From: Paramoeba atlantica
Lineage: Eukaryota > Protista > Discosea
NCBI GenBank assembly: GCA_977017575.1
Contig: CDRNVI010000091.1
Location: forward strand, 1 to 64,000
Reading direction: 5' to 3'
Length of the DNA stretch: 64,000 bases
In this document: positions 20,942 to 31,439 of the stretch, piece by piece
Position numbering within the stretch: position 1 is the first letter of the stretch
Layout of the letters: the number at the start of each line of letters is the position of its first letter
Position numbers and translations under genes: made by a program
Notes under the pieces: model-generated
What the model saw: the letters and a program-made list of their open reading frames with translations, nothing else
Database searches by the model: none
What the model was told of the DNA's origin: nothing

Positions 20942-22186
20942 ATGAAAGCCATCGTGTTACCGAGAAAAAATCTAGCAAGCAAATACGCTACATTCCGTTT
21001 TTATACCTCTCTTGGAACGCCAAAAGAAGCATCAAAAGAACTACTTGCCGAATTCCTTCGGGAAAAACGAAACGCACTACAGGTAGAAAACATAAAACTT
21101 CTGAATTTTATCTCTGAAGCCCGCCGTCGTTCATTGCAGCTACGAAATAACCTGAATCGCTACCCTTCCGAGAAAAAACAACCTATATCTTCAAACATTC
21201 CCACATGTGTCATAAGAAAAAGGTCCTCCCTAGTAGAGGGCAGCGCGATTGTCTCATTTACAGGTATTGTTGAATCCGTACGCAAAGGTCTGTCCCTCCA
21301 ACAAGAGACTTCAAATCAAAAAAAACACAAAAATGTCCCTACCTGGGAAATCCCAGACACCTCTTGTCCATCAGCATCAAATGCTACACCTACGTCTCCA
21401 ATTCGTCACACTCTCCCCGACGAGTGTTGCATCCTTACCCTACGTATTCCCAGTTTCCTCCCTGGCTTAGGCACCCCGGACCTCACGTGTGTGCTCCAGG
21501 ACGCCTACAACACGGGTCACGAACCTCCGAGTCACGCCGTCGACTCTATTTCACATTTTTCTTCTTCATCTTCTCGCCCAAATTTTTCTTTTTCTTCTTT
21601 TTCCTTATCTTCTTCTTATGCTTCTTTCACCCCTCCCTCGTGCTACGGTCGAGCGGAGTATGAAGTAGTCCGCTACGTGGTATATACCTTTGGGGTGTGT
21701 GCCAGACTCGCACTCCAGGAGGTGCGTCGCCGGCACGTGGTGAGTGTCACCGGAAACCTTCACACGGGGATGTACGCACAAACCCACGCACGAGCCCAAG
21801 TCAACGCCTATCGAAATTATTGCCTACAAAAGGTAAGGGAAGAAAAAGCGAAGGGGGGCCAAGAGAATCCAGGGGAAGTCTCCTCCGTGGGAAATACTAT
21901 AGGAGAGGGACACGCCCCTGCTTATTGTTTTCCAGAAACAGAGCAGGAGATACAACAACGGTTGTACTCTCTTCCTCTTGAGTATCCTAAAGAGGGTTTG
22001 CCGTTAAGTCTAACAAAAACCGGGGAATTCTACCCCGAGGGGATACAACCCTTGGATGGGGAAAGCCGCAAACCAGCTCTTCACGAGCGGCATGGTCACG
22101 TGATTGTGTCCCACCCCCAGGGATCTGTAATGGTCCTTGGAGGGGTCACGAGGGAGGAGGAACAGGAGTTAGTGGGAGAGGGTTAG
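20942..22186 (+). CDS. OB-fold (SSB-like) protein, KREPA editosome family-like
   Basis: AIVSFTGIV, YVVYTFG, RHVVSVTGNLH and C-terminal VIVSHPQGSVMVLGG resemble the KREPA OB-fold strands, separated by long low-complexity inserts. Confidence 0.55.
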   Translation: MKAIVLPRKNLASKYATFRFYTSLGTPKEASKELLAEFLREKRNALQVENIKLLNFISEARRRSLQLRNNLNRYPSEKKQPISSNIPTCVIRKRSSLVEGSAIVSFTGIVESVRKGLSLQQETSNQKKHKNVPTWEIPDTSCPSASNATPTSPIRHTLPDECCILTLRIPSFLPGLGTPDLTCVLQDAYNTGHEPPSHAVDSISHFSSSSSRPNFSFSSFSLSSSYASFTPPSCYGRAEYEVVRYVVYTFGVCARLALQEVRRRHVVSVTGNLHTGMYAQTHARAQVNAYRNYCLQKVREEKAKGGQENPGEVSSVGNTIGEGHAPAYCFPETEQEIQQRLYSLPLEYPKEGLPLSLTKTGEFYPEGIQPLDGESRKPALHERHGHVIVSHPQGSVMVLGGVTREEEQELVGEG

Positions 22187-22388
22187 TTATAGGGTCACGA
22201 ATGGGTCATACAATTTCCAGAGATTAGTGTCTTAAGTGGTATGTACAGTGTAGCATAGAGTATGTGTTGCTTTATTTCGCGACAGTTTCGTTTTATTTCT
22301 TGTAGCTTTTCCTTGGTAAAAAAATGAATTTTTCTCTTTCTCTCTTTTGAGTTTCTTTCCCGACATACATATACATGTATGTATTTCT

Positions 22389-23249
22389 ATGTTTGTCTCG
22401 TTAAGTGTACGTTTAACATGTGCAAAGGATCCGTTAGCCAAAGTTGATGCACTGCATCCTGCGAGGGTTCGTGGGGCTGTTCTTCCTCAAGTGTATGACA
22501 TGTCTCGGCTTATCGAAAACGCTACATTTGACTCATGCCTCAACTGGAGAATAGATGTTGAAGTATGTAAGTGGGACGGCCTCCACTGCAACAGTAGGGG
22601 GGAGATATATTCCCTTGGTTGGTCATTCAGTGATCTTGAGTATTTACATCCCGCATTGCGGTCAAGTCAAAGTCTTAAAGGCACAATGAACTTTAAGTGC
22701 CTTCCTCGAACCCTAGAGACTGTGGACTTTCAAGAAAATCAATTAACCGGGGAAGTGTGTCTGGTAGATCTGCCACCAAACATGCAGGTTTTTGCCCTTA
22801 GTAAGAACTGTTTTACCGGTTCAATCGATTTGACGTCTCTTCCGGAGAGTTTGGAACACCTCTATCTGGACGAGAATCGTTTTTCTGGTGAAATTTGTTT
22901 GAACAAGCTTCCGGCACAAATGGATTTTCTTTGCCTTGGAGGAAACGCTTTAACGGGTCACGTTGATTTACGTTCCCTCCCGCAGGGAATGACGAGACTG
23001 AATTTGGATAGAAATCAATTTTCAGGGCCACTATTCTTGAATGATCTTCCACCTAATATGGAAGAACTTCTTCTTGACAATAACGACTTTTCTTCTATTG
23101 ATTTAAGACGACTTCCATGTAATTTGTGCACGTTCACTTTATCCAATAATAAAGAACTTCGTGGTGAGATTCAGAAATCAAATCTTCCAAGGAATTTAAA
23201 GCACCTGATGTATACTTCTTTTGGTACCAAGCTTAAATTTATCGATTAA
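22389..23249 (+). CDS. leucine-rich repeat protein
   Basis: ARVRGAVLPQ, VCKWDGLHC cap, seven LRRs. ATG 22389 (ORF track 22347). Confidence 0.87.
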   Translation: MFVSLSVRLTCAKDPLAKVDALHPARVRGAVLPQVYDMSRLIENATFDSCLNWRIDVEVCKWDGLHCNSRGEIYSLGWSFSDLEYLHPALRSSQSLKGTMNFKCLPRTLETVDFQENQLTGEVCLVDLPPNMQVFALSKNCFTGSIDLTSLPESLEHLYLDENRFSGEICLNKLPAQMDFLCLGGNALTGHVDLRSLPQGMTRLNLDRNQFSGPLFLNDLPPNMEELLLDNNDFSSIDLRRLPCNLCTFTLSNNKELRGEIQKSNLPRNLKHLMYTSFGTKLKFID

Positions 23250-23517
23250 CTATGACTAACCCCCCCCTCGCTTATACACTTGCTGTATATACACTTACGG
23301 TTATAAATCCCTCGACAATAATAAGGCACCCCCCCTTGTTTTACAACACTATATACACTTACACTTATATATACACATATTTGCTACCTTTGCTTGTATA
23401 CACTTACACAAGTGTTTCCGGCATAAGAAAAACAAAGATACGGAGCCACACAGTGTGGGTCACACAGTACTTCCACCTTTCCATGTCGGATATTTTTTAA
23501 TCAAACCAAGTACTCAA

Positions 23518-24447
23518 ATGAACTCCGCAGACTCGGATGATGAGCTTGACAGCGTTTTGGATACTGCCCTTAACTCCTTTGACATCAAACAACAGGAAGA
23601 GAAGGCGAAGAGAGCACAAGCAGCGTCGCACTCCCCTTCTCCCACACTTCCCGGTGAGGAGGAAGAAATGCTTCACCTTGTGCAGCAACTTACCACACAG
23701 CTACTGCAGAACCCCGATCAGGAACCCGCACTCAGCGCGGCGCAGGAGAAAAGGTTAGAAGCGTACGTTGCACGTGAGATGCGAAACACTCCGGAGCTTT
23801 CCAGCGTCCTTCCCACCGATGCCCCTCTTGAGCATATCTCCGAGGAGCAGCTTCTCGCCTCCTTGGAGCAGCTTCAACAAATGTGTGACGAAATGGGAGA
23901 AACAAAAACAGCGAAAGGTAAGATCTCCTCAAAGAAACCAGAGGAGGGCTCAATCAAAACTCTAGAGGGGCTACATGAAGCAGAAATGGTCTCGGGGACC
24001 GAAGACAGTCTCTCGCCTCTTCCAGACGTTTCACCTTCTATTTCAGAAGCTACAGGCTCGGCCACGAAGTCACAGTACGAACGTTTCGAAAAGAAATTAC
24101 TCGAAAAAACGATCTCCTTGGATAATTTTGCAATACCGTTTTTACGGCTTCAAAAAGCGTGTGAGCGGTGGGAGGAGACCCGTGCGGGGAGTGCATCCGA
24201 AAATGAGGTGATCTGTGTGAATCACCACCGTACGGTGCTGACCCAATTGTGTGAGCTGCTCTCGGGATCTGCGTCCTCCGTATCGTCTCCTTGCGCAGGT
24301 AGTGAGGTAGATGAGGCACGTGTAGCTTCGGCACTGGGGGCACATAGTCCGGAAATTTTTACTGTTTTAGAGCGACTATATGATAAGGGGGAGCCTCCAT
24401 CGAGCTTGCTGGATCTTCTTCAGGAAATCGAAAAGGAGGGGCAGTAA
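23518..24447 (+). CDS. PEX19: peroxin 19-like protein
   Basis: N-terminal DSDDELDSVLDTALNSF resembles the PEX3-binding segment of PEX19; acidic helical body. ATG 23518. Confidence 0.55.
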   Translation: MNSADSDDELDSVLDTALNSFDIKQQEEKAKRAQAASHSPSPTLPGEEEEMLHLVQQLTTQLLQNPDQEPALSAAQEKRLEAYVAREMRNTPELSSVLPTDAPLEHISEEQLLASLEQLQQMCDEMGETKTAKGKISSKKPEEGSIKTLEGLHEAEMVSGTEDSLSPLPDVSPSISEATGSATKSQYERFEKKLLEKTISLDNFAIPFLRLQKACERWEETRAGSASENEVICVNHHRTVLTQLCELLSGSASSVSSPCAGSEVDEARVASALGAHSPEIFTVLERLYDKGEPPSSLLDLLQEIEKEGQ

Positions 24448-24614
24448 GCGTTTTTCAGAGTCAAGACGCGAACAGTATCCATGCATGGAGAGTTTATTAT
24501 CGTGAAACCTTTAAATTCCATTTTTTTATGGGGAATAGAGTTTGAACCTGCTTCTTCTTCTTCTTCTTTCACCTCTTCTTTCTTCCACCTTTTCCTTCCC
24601 TCCCCCACCCCTCC

Positions 24615-25217
24615 ATGGCCTTCACCCTCCCCCCTCTCCCCTACCCCACCGACGCTCTCGTCCCCAAGGGCTTCTCCGTCGAGCAGCTCACCTTCCACTA
24701 CGAAAAGCACCACCGCGGGTACGTCACGAAGCTCAACGCCGCCGCGGCCGCCTCCCCGCCCCTGGCCGCGTTGGGCTCCGTCGAGGCCGTCATCCGGCAC
24801 GAGCCCGAGGGGGGCGCGCACTACAACCTCGCGGCCCAGATCTACAACCACACGTTCTACTGGAACGGGCTGAGTCCCCGCGGCGGGGGGCTCCCGTCCG
24901 GGGCGCTCGCGGCCCGCATCGAACACGACTTCGGCTCGTTCGAGGCGTTTCGCGAGAAGTTCACCGCCGCCGCGACGAGCCACTTTGGCAGCGGATGGGC
25001 GTGGCTGGTGCAGGAGAGTGAGGGGAAGACGCTCAAGGTGGTCTCGACCCATGACGCGGGGTGTCCGCTGTCCCGGGAGGGGATGGTGCCTCTGCTGGCG
25101 TGTGATGTGTGGGAACATGCGTATTATATTGATTACCGGAATGACCGGGCGTCGTATATTGAAAGTTTTTGGAGTGCGGTGAATTGGGATTTCGTGGCGT
25201 CGAATTTGTTGAAGTAA
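24615..25217 (+). CDS. FeSOD: iron superoxide dismutase
   Basis: FTLPPLPY, HYEKHHRGY, AAQIYNHTFYW, FGSGWAWL, DVWEHAYYIDYRN. Confidence 0.97.
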   Translation: MAFTLPPLPYPTDALVPKGFSVEQLTFHYEKHHRGYVTKLNAAAAASPPLAALGSVEAVIRHEPEGGAHYNLAAQIYNHTFYWNGLSPRGGGLPSGALAARIEHDFGSFEAFREKFTAAATSHFGSGWAWLVQESEGKTLKVVSTHDAGCPLSREGMVPLLACDVWEHAYYIDYRNDRASYIESFWSAVNWDFVASNLLK

Positions 25218-25691
25218 GGCGAGGTGAGAGGTTGCTTTTTTTGGTGCTGTTTATACAAAGGATTCGCGGGTGAAAAGTTGGTGTTTAAAGTGGTTGATTG
25301 TGTAGCAGAGTAAGAAATTATATTTTATTCGTTTTGCCTTTGCAAAAAAGAAATAAGAACACTTTTGTTTCGTTTTTCTTTTGCCATGCTTGAAAAATAA
25401 AGTGATAATTACATGACGTTGAATCAAGTTGCTATTTTTCTTACATTACACGCAATGAATCGATGATTTATTAAATACTTTGGCATGGATAGAGACGGAG
25501 AGAATTTTTCTTTACAGGATATAGTTTTTTCACCCAGGTGACTCAGCAGTAAAAAGGTCAATAAATTGGTCATCTAATGAATCGTTGTTTTCCACCACAA
25601 ACTAAGCGAGCAACATGTAATTTTTCTGTTCAGCATTTTTTCTCTTAATACTATTTTATTGTCATTGCTCCAACTCTTTCGAGCCATTACA

Positions 25692-26303
25692 ATGTCACGC
25701 GGTGTTTCATGCGCAGATCAATCTCCAATAGCCCTGAAACCAGGCAAAATACGTGGCACATCACTACCACAGGAGTATTACCTCTCCATTCTAATCCAGC
25801 ATATGAGTGATAATAGGTGGTTGGGCAAAGAAGGCCACGCCTGCGAATGGAATGGAGTTGGATGCAATGCTGAACGTATCATTACTGATCTGCGGTGGTC
25901 GGGATGTGGGCTGCGCGGCACTGTACCATGGGAACATATACCAGAAACCGTCCTCTCACTAGATTTCGGTAAGTCGGAATTTGAATTCGGGGAAAAATTT
26001 TCTCGTAATAATCTACAGGGAACAGTGAATTGGGGTGCGTTCCCTCGTATGCTACGAGAACTTTCTCTGTCGCACAACAAGTTTGAGGGCGAAATTCTCT
26101 TCGCTGAGCTTCCCGCGACGTTGCGAAAACTAAATTTAAAATCCAACCGCTTCTCCGGGGTTATTTGCTTTGAAACAATTCCTAAGGATCTCGTTTTTTG
26201 TGATTTGACAAAGAACAGGGATCTGAGAGGGAAGCTCGACCAAACTAAACTCGGGGGATCTGTTCGTTTCAACGTAGCGCACACTATGATTGCTGTACTA
26301 TAA
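25692..26303 (+). CDS. leucine-rich repeat protein
   Basis: SCAD, GKIRGTSLPQEYYL, ACEWNGVGC cap and LRRs. ATG 25692. Confidence 0.85.
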   Translation: MSRGVSCADQSPIALKPGKIRGTSLPQEYYLSILIQHMSDNRWLGKEGHACEWNGVGCNAERIITDLRWSGCGLRGTVPWEHIPETVLSLDFGKSEFEFGEKFSRNNLQGTVNWGAFPRMLRELSLSHNKFEGEILFAELPATLRKLNLKSNRFSGVICFETIPKDLVFCDLTKNRDLRGKLDQTKLGGSVRFNVAHTMIAVL

Positions 26304-26849
26304 TCTTTTTTTTACAATTTTCTTTTTCGACTTGATTTTTTTCAAAAATAGGACGCGTATACAATCTATGTATGACGCAAGAAATCAATCTTTGGGAGAA
26401 GCCTCCGAGCGTTTAGTGATAAAATCAAAAATCTTAAACAGCTCTGCGACAAATCTTGACTGAAGTACGCAATTTCTGTTTCTCTTTTTAGAACACTCTC
26501 AAAACTACAACATTAATTTCATTTACCATACATTTTCTTTGTAAGATAGGGTTGGGCTCGTCGGGGGCTGACTCAGAATACGATGAGTCGGTCTAAAATG
26601 CTGTGCAATATACAAATTTCGTGCACGAGGAAATATCCAAGTATTCGGGTCATAAGGGATGAATTACAAAATAGTTAAAACGTTTAAAAACATTACGGCT
26701 TCACTTATTTAAAAGAAGAAACACCGAGCTTTTTGAATGTGTGTACTATCCATTTTAATGATGTACATACACGCTGTACGCTCGTAGATTTCCGTGTTAC
26801 AAAGCAAAAAACGTATTTTGGGGGATGCTCTTCGTGCTTGATATTTACA

Positions 26850-27320
26850 CTCAACACAATTATTAGTGTAACAAAAAACAGTAAAACAAAATTCGTGAAT
26901 TTTTAATTGTACAACATTTTTAAAAATGGAAAACTATTTATCTATTTTTTGCCCGAATTCTAAAAACAAACTGTTTTTTAACCTAAACGAGGGTCCGGTT
27001 TAGCATACCTGTGAGCTCGTACCATACCGGAGGGGGTATGGTATCGTGACCCAGGGCTGATAGCATACCCCACCTGGTTTTTAGCGGTTCTCCCTGGTTC
27101 TCTTTAGCAGTTCTGAATGGTTGTGCCTAAATCCTTTTTTTTTGTGTTTAACTTTCTTTTCAAACGTCCTTACCACACGTCCGAATACACGCACATTACT
27201 ATTCATACCGAATTACCCGCATACCATTACTATTCCAAATCTATCTGTGAATGGTCTGGCTTACCAGTGACCTTCCGGAGCAATCCGGAATGATTCGGAT
27301 TGGATTGGATTTATTCATAC
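26850..27320. mobile_element. possible remnant related to the pogo element
   Basis: 26855-26920 resembles 15126-15200 (CACAATTATTAGTGTAACAA...); TTACCAGTGACCTTC is shared with ~14995. Confidence 0.4.
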
Positions 27321-27546
27321 CGCCTACATTTCATGCACTAAAGTTGTCTGTTCAATAACTACCCTCGTGCTAGTTACTATTGTACACCATACAATGTTAT
27401 GGAATTGTCGCGCTTTCAATGACGCATTTATTTTTTCCATTTTATCGTGTACAACAGATCTGTTGGAATTATAGATGTTCTTTTTGCATTCTTTGTAATT
27501 CCAACTGTTTATGGGCTTCACTGCCAAATTTTAAGGCATTGTTTTA

Positions 27547-28641
27547 ATGCAAGTGTCACCCGCATCTCAAGGTCTGATTCACATTCGCTCACGAGAACCA
27601 GGCTATGATACAGTTCCAAATATTTTTCCTTTTGAAGGGTCGTTGTGTAATGTTGAATCGCTCCGCAACTTTATTCACAGTTCTCTTCAGCTCTCTACTC
27701 ATGTGGAAGTCGTTCTGTACAACACACAGGATCAAATCCTAAGTTATAGTTCAGTTCTTTCATCCTACAGCGTGGTATCGTACGAACTTCGTCGACTAAC
27801 GCCAGAGCAATATGCATCAAAGATAGCCAACGAAAACGCTGTTGAGTTATCAGCACTACTCATACCCGATTTGGATCTTTTTGGTAGGAATCAAGAGAGA
27901 CAAAGCAACTTCAAAATATTCAAAATTTCTGATGCGGCGCGTTTGCTATCAGTTATAAAGTACCAGAGTGCATCCAATTTCAAAACAGGTGAAATTGTGA
28001 CAATCGCATCTGAGAAAAGTTTGGAAGACGCGTCACAACCATCAAACACGGTCAGGACATTGTTAGATAAAGATACAAAGGAAGCTAGCGAAAAAAAATT
28101 AAGTGTTCCAGATCACTTGCGATGTGAACTATGCACATTTATTTATAGCAACCCACGTAAAACAAATTGCTGCAATTTTTGCGGTTGTGATAGCTGTCTT
28201 CTTTTTAGTTTCGCATATTTTCGACGATGCCCAAAATGTGATACGAAGCAATTTGATTTAAGGTTGCAAGAAGCTCCTTCTGAGTTACAGAAGGAGTTGA
28301 AGTCCTTCACCATTCAAAGTTCTACATGCCTTCAAGAGGACCATCCGGAAAATCTAACTATTAATGCCGCGTGCTCAAAAATCTCGAAGGATACTCAAAC
28401 AACTCGGAATAGTGTTCAAAAAGAGAGAAACGTCATCGTGTCTCGCGATTTTTTTGACAGTCTTAAATCTTTAGATTATTTGGTTGAATCGCGCAAACGA
28501 GTGCGCGCAGAGAAATCCAACTTCGATTGGTCTGCTGAAGAAACAGCATTGCTCCATCGCGTGCGACAAGCAAAGGAGGGTCGGGCACAGATGCCTGTGT
28601 TGAATGAATATCAAAGGCGCAAGTTTTCAAAATATCTTTAA
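27547..28641 (+). CDS. DWNN plus RING protein, RBBP6/Mpe1-like
   Basis: Ubiquitin-like N-terminus and VPDHLRCELC...TNCC...CDSC...CPKC RING. Confidence 0.6.
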   Translation: MQVSPASQGLIHIRSREPGYDTVPNIFPFEGSLCNVESLRNFIHSSLQLSTHVEVVLYNTQDQILSYSSVLSSYSVVSYELRRLTPEQYASKIANENAVELSALLIPDLDLFGRNQERQSNFKIFKISDAARLLSVIKYQSASNFKTGEIVTIASEKSLEDASQPSNTVRTLLDKDTKEASEKKLSVPDHLRCELCTFIYSNPRKTNCCNFCGCDSCLLFSFAYFRRCPKCDTKQFDLRLQEAPSELQKELKSFTIQSSTCLQEDHPENLTINAACSKISKDTQTTRNSVQKERNVIVSRDFFDSLKSLDYLVESRKRVRAEKSNFDWSAEETALLHRVRQAKEGRAQMPVLNEYQRRKFSKYL

Positions 28642-28865
28642 AAAGAAAATTATTTTGAAACATCCTGAAGAAACGTACTTCCCAAGCTTTCGGCGTTCGC
28701 CACAATAAAAAAATATTTATTTATCAAAAAGTTTGATAAAGTCTTGAAATGTTAATGATTGTTTTGTCATCCGTTAAATACACATGTATTTTCGGTCTTG
28801 ATATTTCTTCGGCCAGCTTCTAAATCAATCTTCATCTCTCCTTTTCTAACATCCGCACATCACCC

Positions 28866-31268
28866 ATGGGAAAAGGCCGCGACAAACAAAAGCGGCGCGA
28901 AAAAAACAACTTAGAAAAGGCACAACAGCGGCGCGCGCGCATCGCTTCCAAAGAAGCGAAGCATCAAATGAAACGTTCGGTCTTTGATCCAAGTGAGTCA
29001 CATCACAACGATCTCTGCTCCGAAGAGCTGGACGAGCGTCGACACGAGGCGCAGGAAGCGCAAACGTTCGCTCGCAAAGTACAACGCATGCTGACGCGCA
29101 CACAGGAATCGGTCGGCAAGCTCTCTGCCGTCTCTTCCACATCCTCCGTGTTACGTGTCGTTCCCTGTGCTTTCCCCTCGGCTCGGGTCTCCGCAACTCT
29201 GACACCCTATCGCAGCCGTGAAAACGATCACCTCGTGCTCTTTGGTGGGGAGTACTGGGATGGAAAGCGCACCTCCACCTACGACGACCTTTACGTGTAT
29301 ACCATTTCCACCCAGGCCTGGTCTCAGGTACTTCAGGAGACGACAACGGGTCAAGGAGCGGTGAGCGCATTTCCCCCGCCTCGAAGTGCCCATCAGGCGG
29401 TGGTCTGTGACACATTTTTGATTGTATTCGGTGGGGAGTTCACTTCCCCCAGCCAGAGCTGTTTCTTTCACTATGGCGACACCTGGCGCCTGGGTTGTGA
29501 AACGTCCCCTTCCGTATCCGCTTCCCATGGCAAAGCGGAAACCCCCACAGACTTCATTCGTTTTACGCAATGGGAGCCCATAGCATCGAAGGTTTCCAAA
29601 TCTGGAAGTCAAAAAAGTGACAAAGCAACGGAATGCGATTCCTCCTCCACGATTTCACTTCCCCTTGTCCCACTCTCCTCCACACGACATGCCCCGTCCC
29701 CTCGCAGTGGCCACCGAATGGTCTCCTGGCCTTCCCAGGATGCCGTTGTGTTGTTTGGGGGTTTCTACGACCCCTCAAGCCTACAACCCGGGGCGAAGGC
29801 CAATGCTTTACACTCCTCCCAGGACACCCCGCTGCAGTACCTGGATGACCTCTGGGTGCTGCTCGAGGCGAACGCCGCACGCCCACAATGGCGTGAGATT
29901 CATGTTGGGACCTTCTCCGAGAGACCCTGCGCGCGCAGTGGTCATGGTCTCGCGCTGTACCAGGATGCGCTGTGGCTGTATGGTGGGTTTAGTCTAACCC
30001 CCCAGGGGGGTTCGGTGATGCACAGTGATTTATGGCAGTTCTCGCTTACGCTTGGGCGATGGCAAAGGATAAAGTGTGAGGGGACTCCTCCTTCCCCGCG
30101 TAGTGGCATGGCTGTGGCGCAGCATGAGGGGAAAATATATTTTTTTGGCGGTGTCCGAGACGGTGACAAAGAAATGTCCACGGATGATGCTTTGCACAAC
30201 TCTGTAAATGCAGAAACCCAAGAAGATCCATACAGCAACGCAACTGTGGGCCATTTCTACAACGACTTACACGTCTTCGACTGCACTTCCCAAAAATTTT
30301 ACGCACTACACATTCCCGCCGATAGCAACATGAAACGAAGCGACCCCCACACAACACCCTCTCCCACAGAACCCCAAACCTCACCTTCTCCAACCTCCCC
30401 ACCGCTCACCAACCTCCCTACCCCCCACACCCTCCCCTCCAACACCCCACCCCCCCTCTCCCACAACCCTTCCCCTTCTCCCCCACACCCACCCCTCAAC
30501 CCCTCCACAGAAGTGTGGTCCCATATTTGTCTTCCTTCTTCTTCTTCTTCTTTTACTTCTTCTTCTATGCTCCCTTCGGCTGCTGCTGCCGCTGCGTCCT
30601 CTCCCCCCGTACTCCCCTGTGGCCGCATGAACCCCATGGTGGCTGTGTCCACCGCCCTCTGCCCCCTCTCCCTCTCCCTCCTCCCACGGGAGCGCCCCGC
30701 CCGTCGCCCCACCCTCTTCCTCCTCGGCGGGTCCCGGGAGCTCACCCCCACCCGGGAGCTCACCCTCTCGGACCTCTACGCCCTGGACCTGCGACGGGTG
30801 CGGGCGTACGCGTTGCTGGGGCGGATGGACCTCAGCGCCCAGCCGTGGTGGGGGGAAGAGGAGGGGGGAGGGGGGAATGGGGACGGGGGTACGGAGGACT
30901 GGGAGACCCAGGTGTCCCAGGGAGGGGGAGACCTGAGAGAGGGGAGGGGAAGGGGGACGGGGACGGGGAAAAGGGTGGGGCAGCCTGTGGGGGGTTGTGG
31001 GGGGGAGAAGGGGGGTGGGGGGAGGGAGGGGGTGGGGGTGGACCCGAGAAGGGGGGTAGAGGTAGGGGATGGGGGTGGGGAGGGTACGGGTTCTGTGGGA
31101 TCTTGTGAAGATTTTTCTTCTGTTGAAAGGAAGGAGGAGAGCCTTTCGGAGGAGGAGTCGGATGATTCCGAGGACTGTCCAAAACTTGTGGATGCAAATA
31201 CTCCTAGTGCGCTAACCCTGGAGAATTTAAACCTGAAGGCGTCTCGTGAGAGGAGGTTTTTGCGCTAA
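28866..31268 (+). CDS. KLHDC4: kelch domain-containing protein 4-like
   Basis: MGK...K-rich start, LVLFGGEYWDG, PPPRSAHQAV, FGGEFTSPSQ..FHYGDTW, PSPRSGHRM, acidic tail. Confidence 0.82.
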   Translation: MGKGRDKQKRREKNNLEKAQQRRARIASKEAKHQMKRSVFDPSESHHNDLCSEELDERRHEAQEAQTFARKVQRMLTRTQESVGKLSAVSSTSSVLRVVPCAFPSARVSATLTPYRSRENDHLVLFGGEYWDGKRTSTYDDLYVYTISTQAWSQVLQETTTGQGAVSAFPPPRSAHQAVVCDTFLIVFGGEFTSPSQSCFFHYGDTWRLGCETSPSVSASHGKAETPTDFIRFTQWEPIASKVSKSGSQKSDKATECDSSSTISLPLVPLSSTRHAPSPRSGHRMVSWPSQDAVVLFGGFYDPSSLQPGAKANALHSSQDTPLQYLDDLWVLLEANAARPQWREIHVGTFSERPCARSGHGLALYQDALWLYGGFSLTPQGGSVMHSDLWQFSLTLGRWQRIKCEGTPPSPRSGMAVAQHEGKIYFFGGVRDGDKEMSTDDALHNSVNAETQEDPYSNATVGHFYNDLHVFDCTSQKFYALHIPADSNMKRSDPHTTPSPTEPQTSPSPTSPPLTNLPTPHTLPSNTPPPLSHNPSPSPPHPPLNPSTEVWSHICLPSSSSSFTSSSMLPSAAAAAASSPPVLPCGRMNPMVAVSTALCPLSLSLLPRERPARRPTLFLLGGSRELTPTRELTLSDLYALDLRRVRAYALLGRMDLSAQPWWGEEEGGGGNGDGGTEDWETQVSQGGGDLREGRGRGTGTGKRVGQPVGGCGGEKGGGGREGVGVDPRRGVEVGDGGGEGTGSVGSCEDFSSVERKEESLSEEESDDSEDCPKLVDANTPSALTLENLNLKASRERRFLR

Positions 31269-31439
31269 CGTTTTGGCAGGGTCGAAGGTTCCTTGTTTGG
31301 TGTTTTCTGGCTACTTTGACTCGTTCGAAATAAAAAAGAGTTACAAAAAAATAGTATGCTGTAATCCTTGGCTCAATGTTCACTTCACTCTTTTGTTTTC
31401 TCTTTTCGATTGATATTTTTTTGTTGATAGTTTATTCTG

